NCBI RefSeq assembly: GCF_006345805.1
Contig: NW_021835991.1
Span: 124,001 to 188,000 of the forward strand
Source of the DNA: Octopus sinensis
Taxonomy: Eukaryota
Length of the DNA stretch: 64,000 nucleotides
Direction: 5' to 3'
Under the pieces are notes generated by a model. It was not told the DNA's origin. It made no database searches and was given only the letters and a program-made list of their open reading frames with translations. The position numbers and the translations under genes are program-made. Positions 63,561 through 64,000 of the stretch are shown one piece after another (the stretch's first letter is position 1; the number at the start of each line of letters is the position of its first letter).

Positions 63561-64000
63561 TATATATTAAAACCAAAACAATAAATGGGTTAAAGAGAAA
63601 TTGATAACTAGAAAACTCGAACTTTTAGAGTGTTTGTTTCAACATTTAAAGCTTTTGTGATCCGGATGACTAAATTGATTAAAATATTCTTACTCATCTG
63701 GTTTGAAAGCAGATTTGTTAGATTCTTCGCGGACCTAAAATCACAAGCTAGATAAGCATGATTTTGTGTTCTGGATGTTCATTTTCATGATTTTTGGAGT
63801 TCGGTTTTTTTGGTTCAATTTTTTGATCATTTTGAATTAATCTACAAAATTTAATTTAAAGTTGACCAATTTAAATCAATAATAATAAATTATAAAGATA
63901 AAATAAATAACAAATCGAATTATCAAAATAATTTATTAATAGTTATGGAAGAATTATTCATGAGATTACACCAATATTTAATTTCTTAAACAATTATGTA

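Overview
This is AT-rich eukaryotic genomic DNA, not prokaryotic. It probably comes from a highly reduced parasitic metazoan, and the taxon is inferred. The host genes are a small minority: four tetraspanin paralogues, a mitoribosomal mL42-like gene, syntaxin-5 (Sed5), an intronless Kir channel and tRNA-Val(AAC). Nearly all introns I could reconstruct are GT-AG and only about 23-33 nt long, which is why the ORF track shatters these genes. The rest is nested transposons. The retroelements are two related gag+APE+RT LINE families, an Ingi-like LINE, and RTE, CRE and other REL-type remnants. The DNA transposons are hAT, Merlin, pogo/Tigger and Ginger-type. The main observations: (1) transposases of four DNA-transposon superfamilies carry the same tiny introns, and one hAT becomes a fully open 461-aa ORF after splicing; (2) a TSD-bounded LINE starts with an HDV-like ribozyme fold followed by a 2A (GDVEQNPGP) peptide; (3) two diverged LINE families share Gly at the position of the catalytic APE Asp (L1 D205); (4) the tetraspanin array is most variable in its large extracellular loop, and one copy has a 1.8-kb pogo element inside a 27-nt intron; (5) the Kir pore is Kir7-like and lacks both partners of the E-R salt bridge. 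Everything was read by eye, with no database searches, and boundaries of degenerate remnants are approximate.
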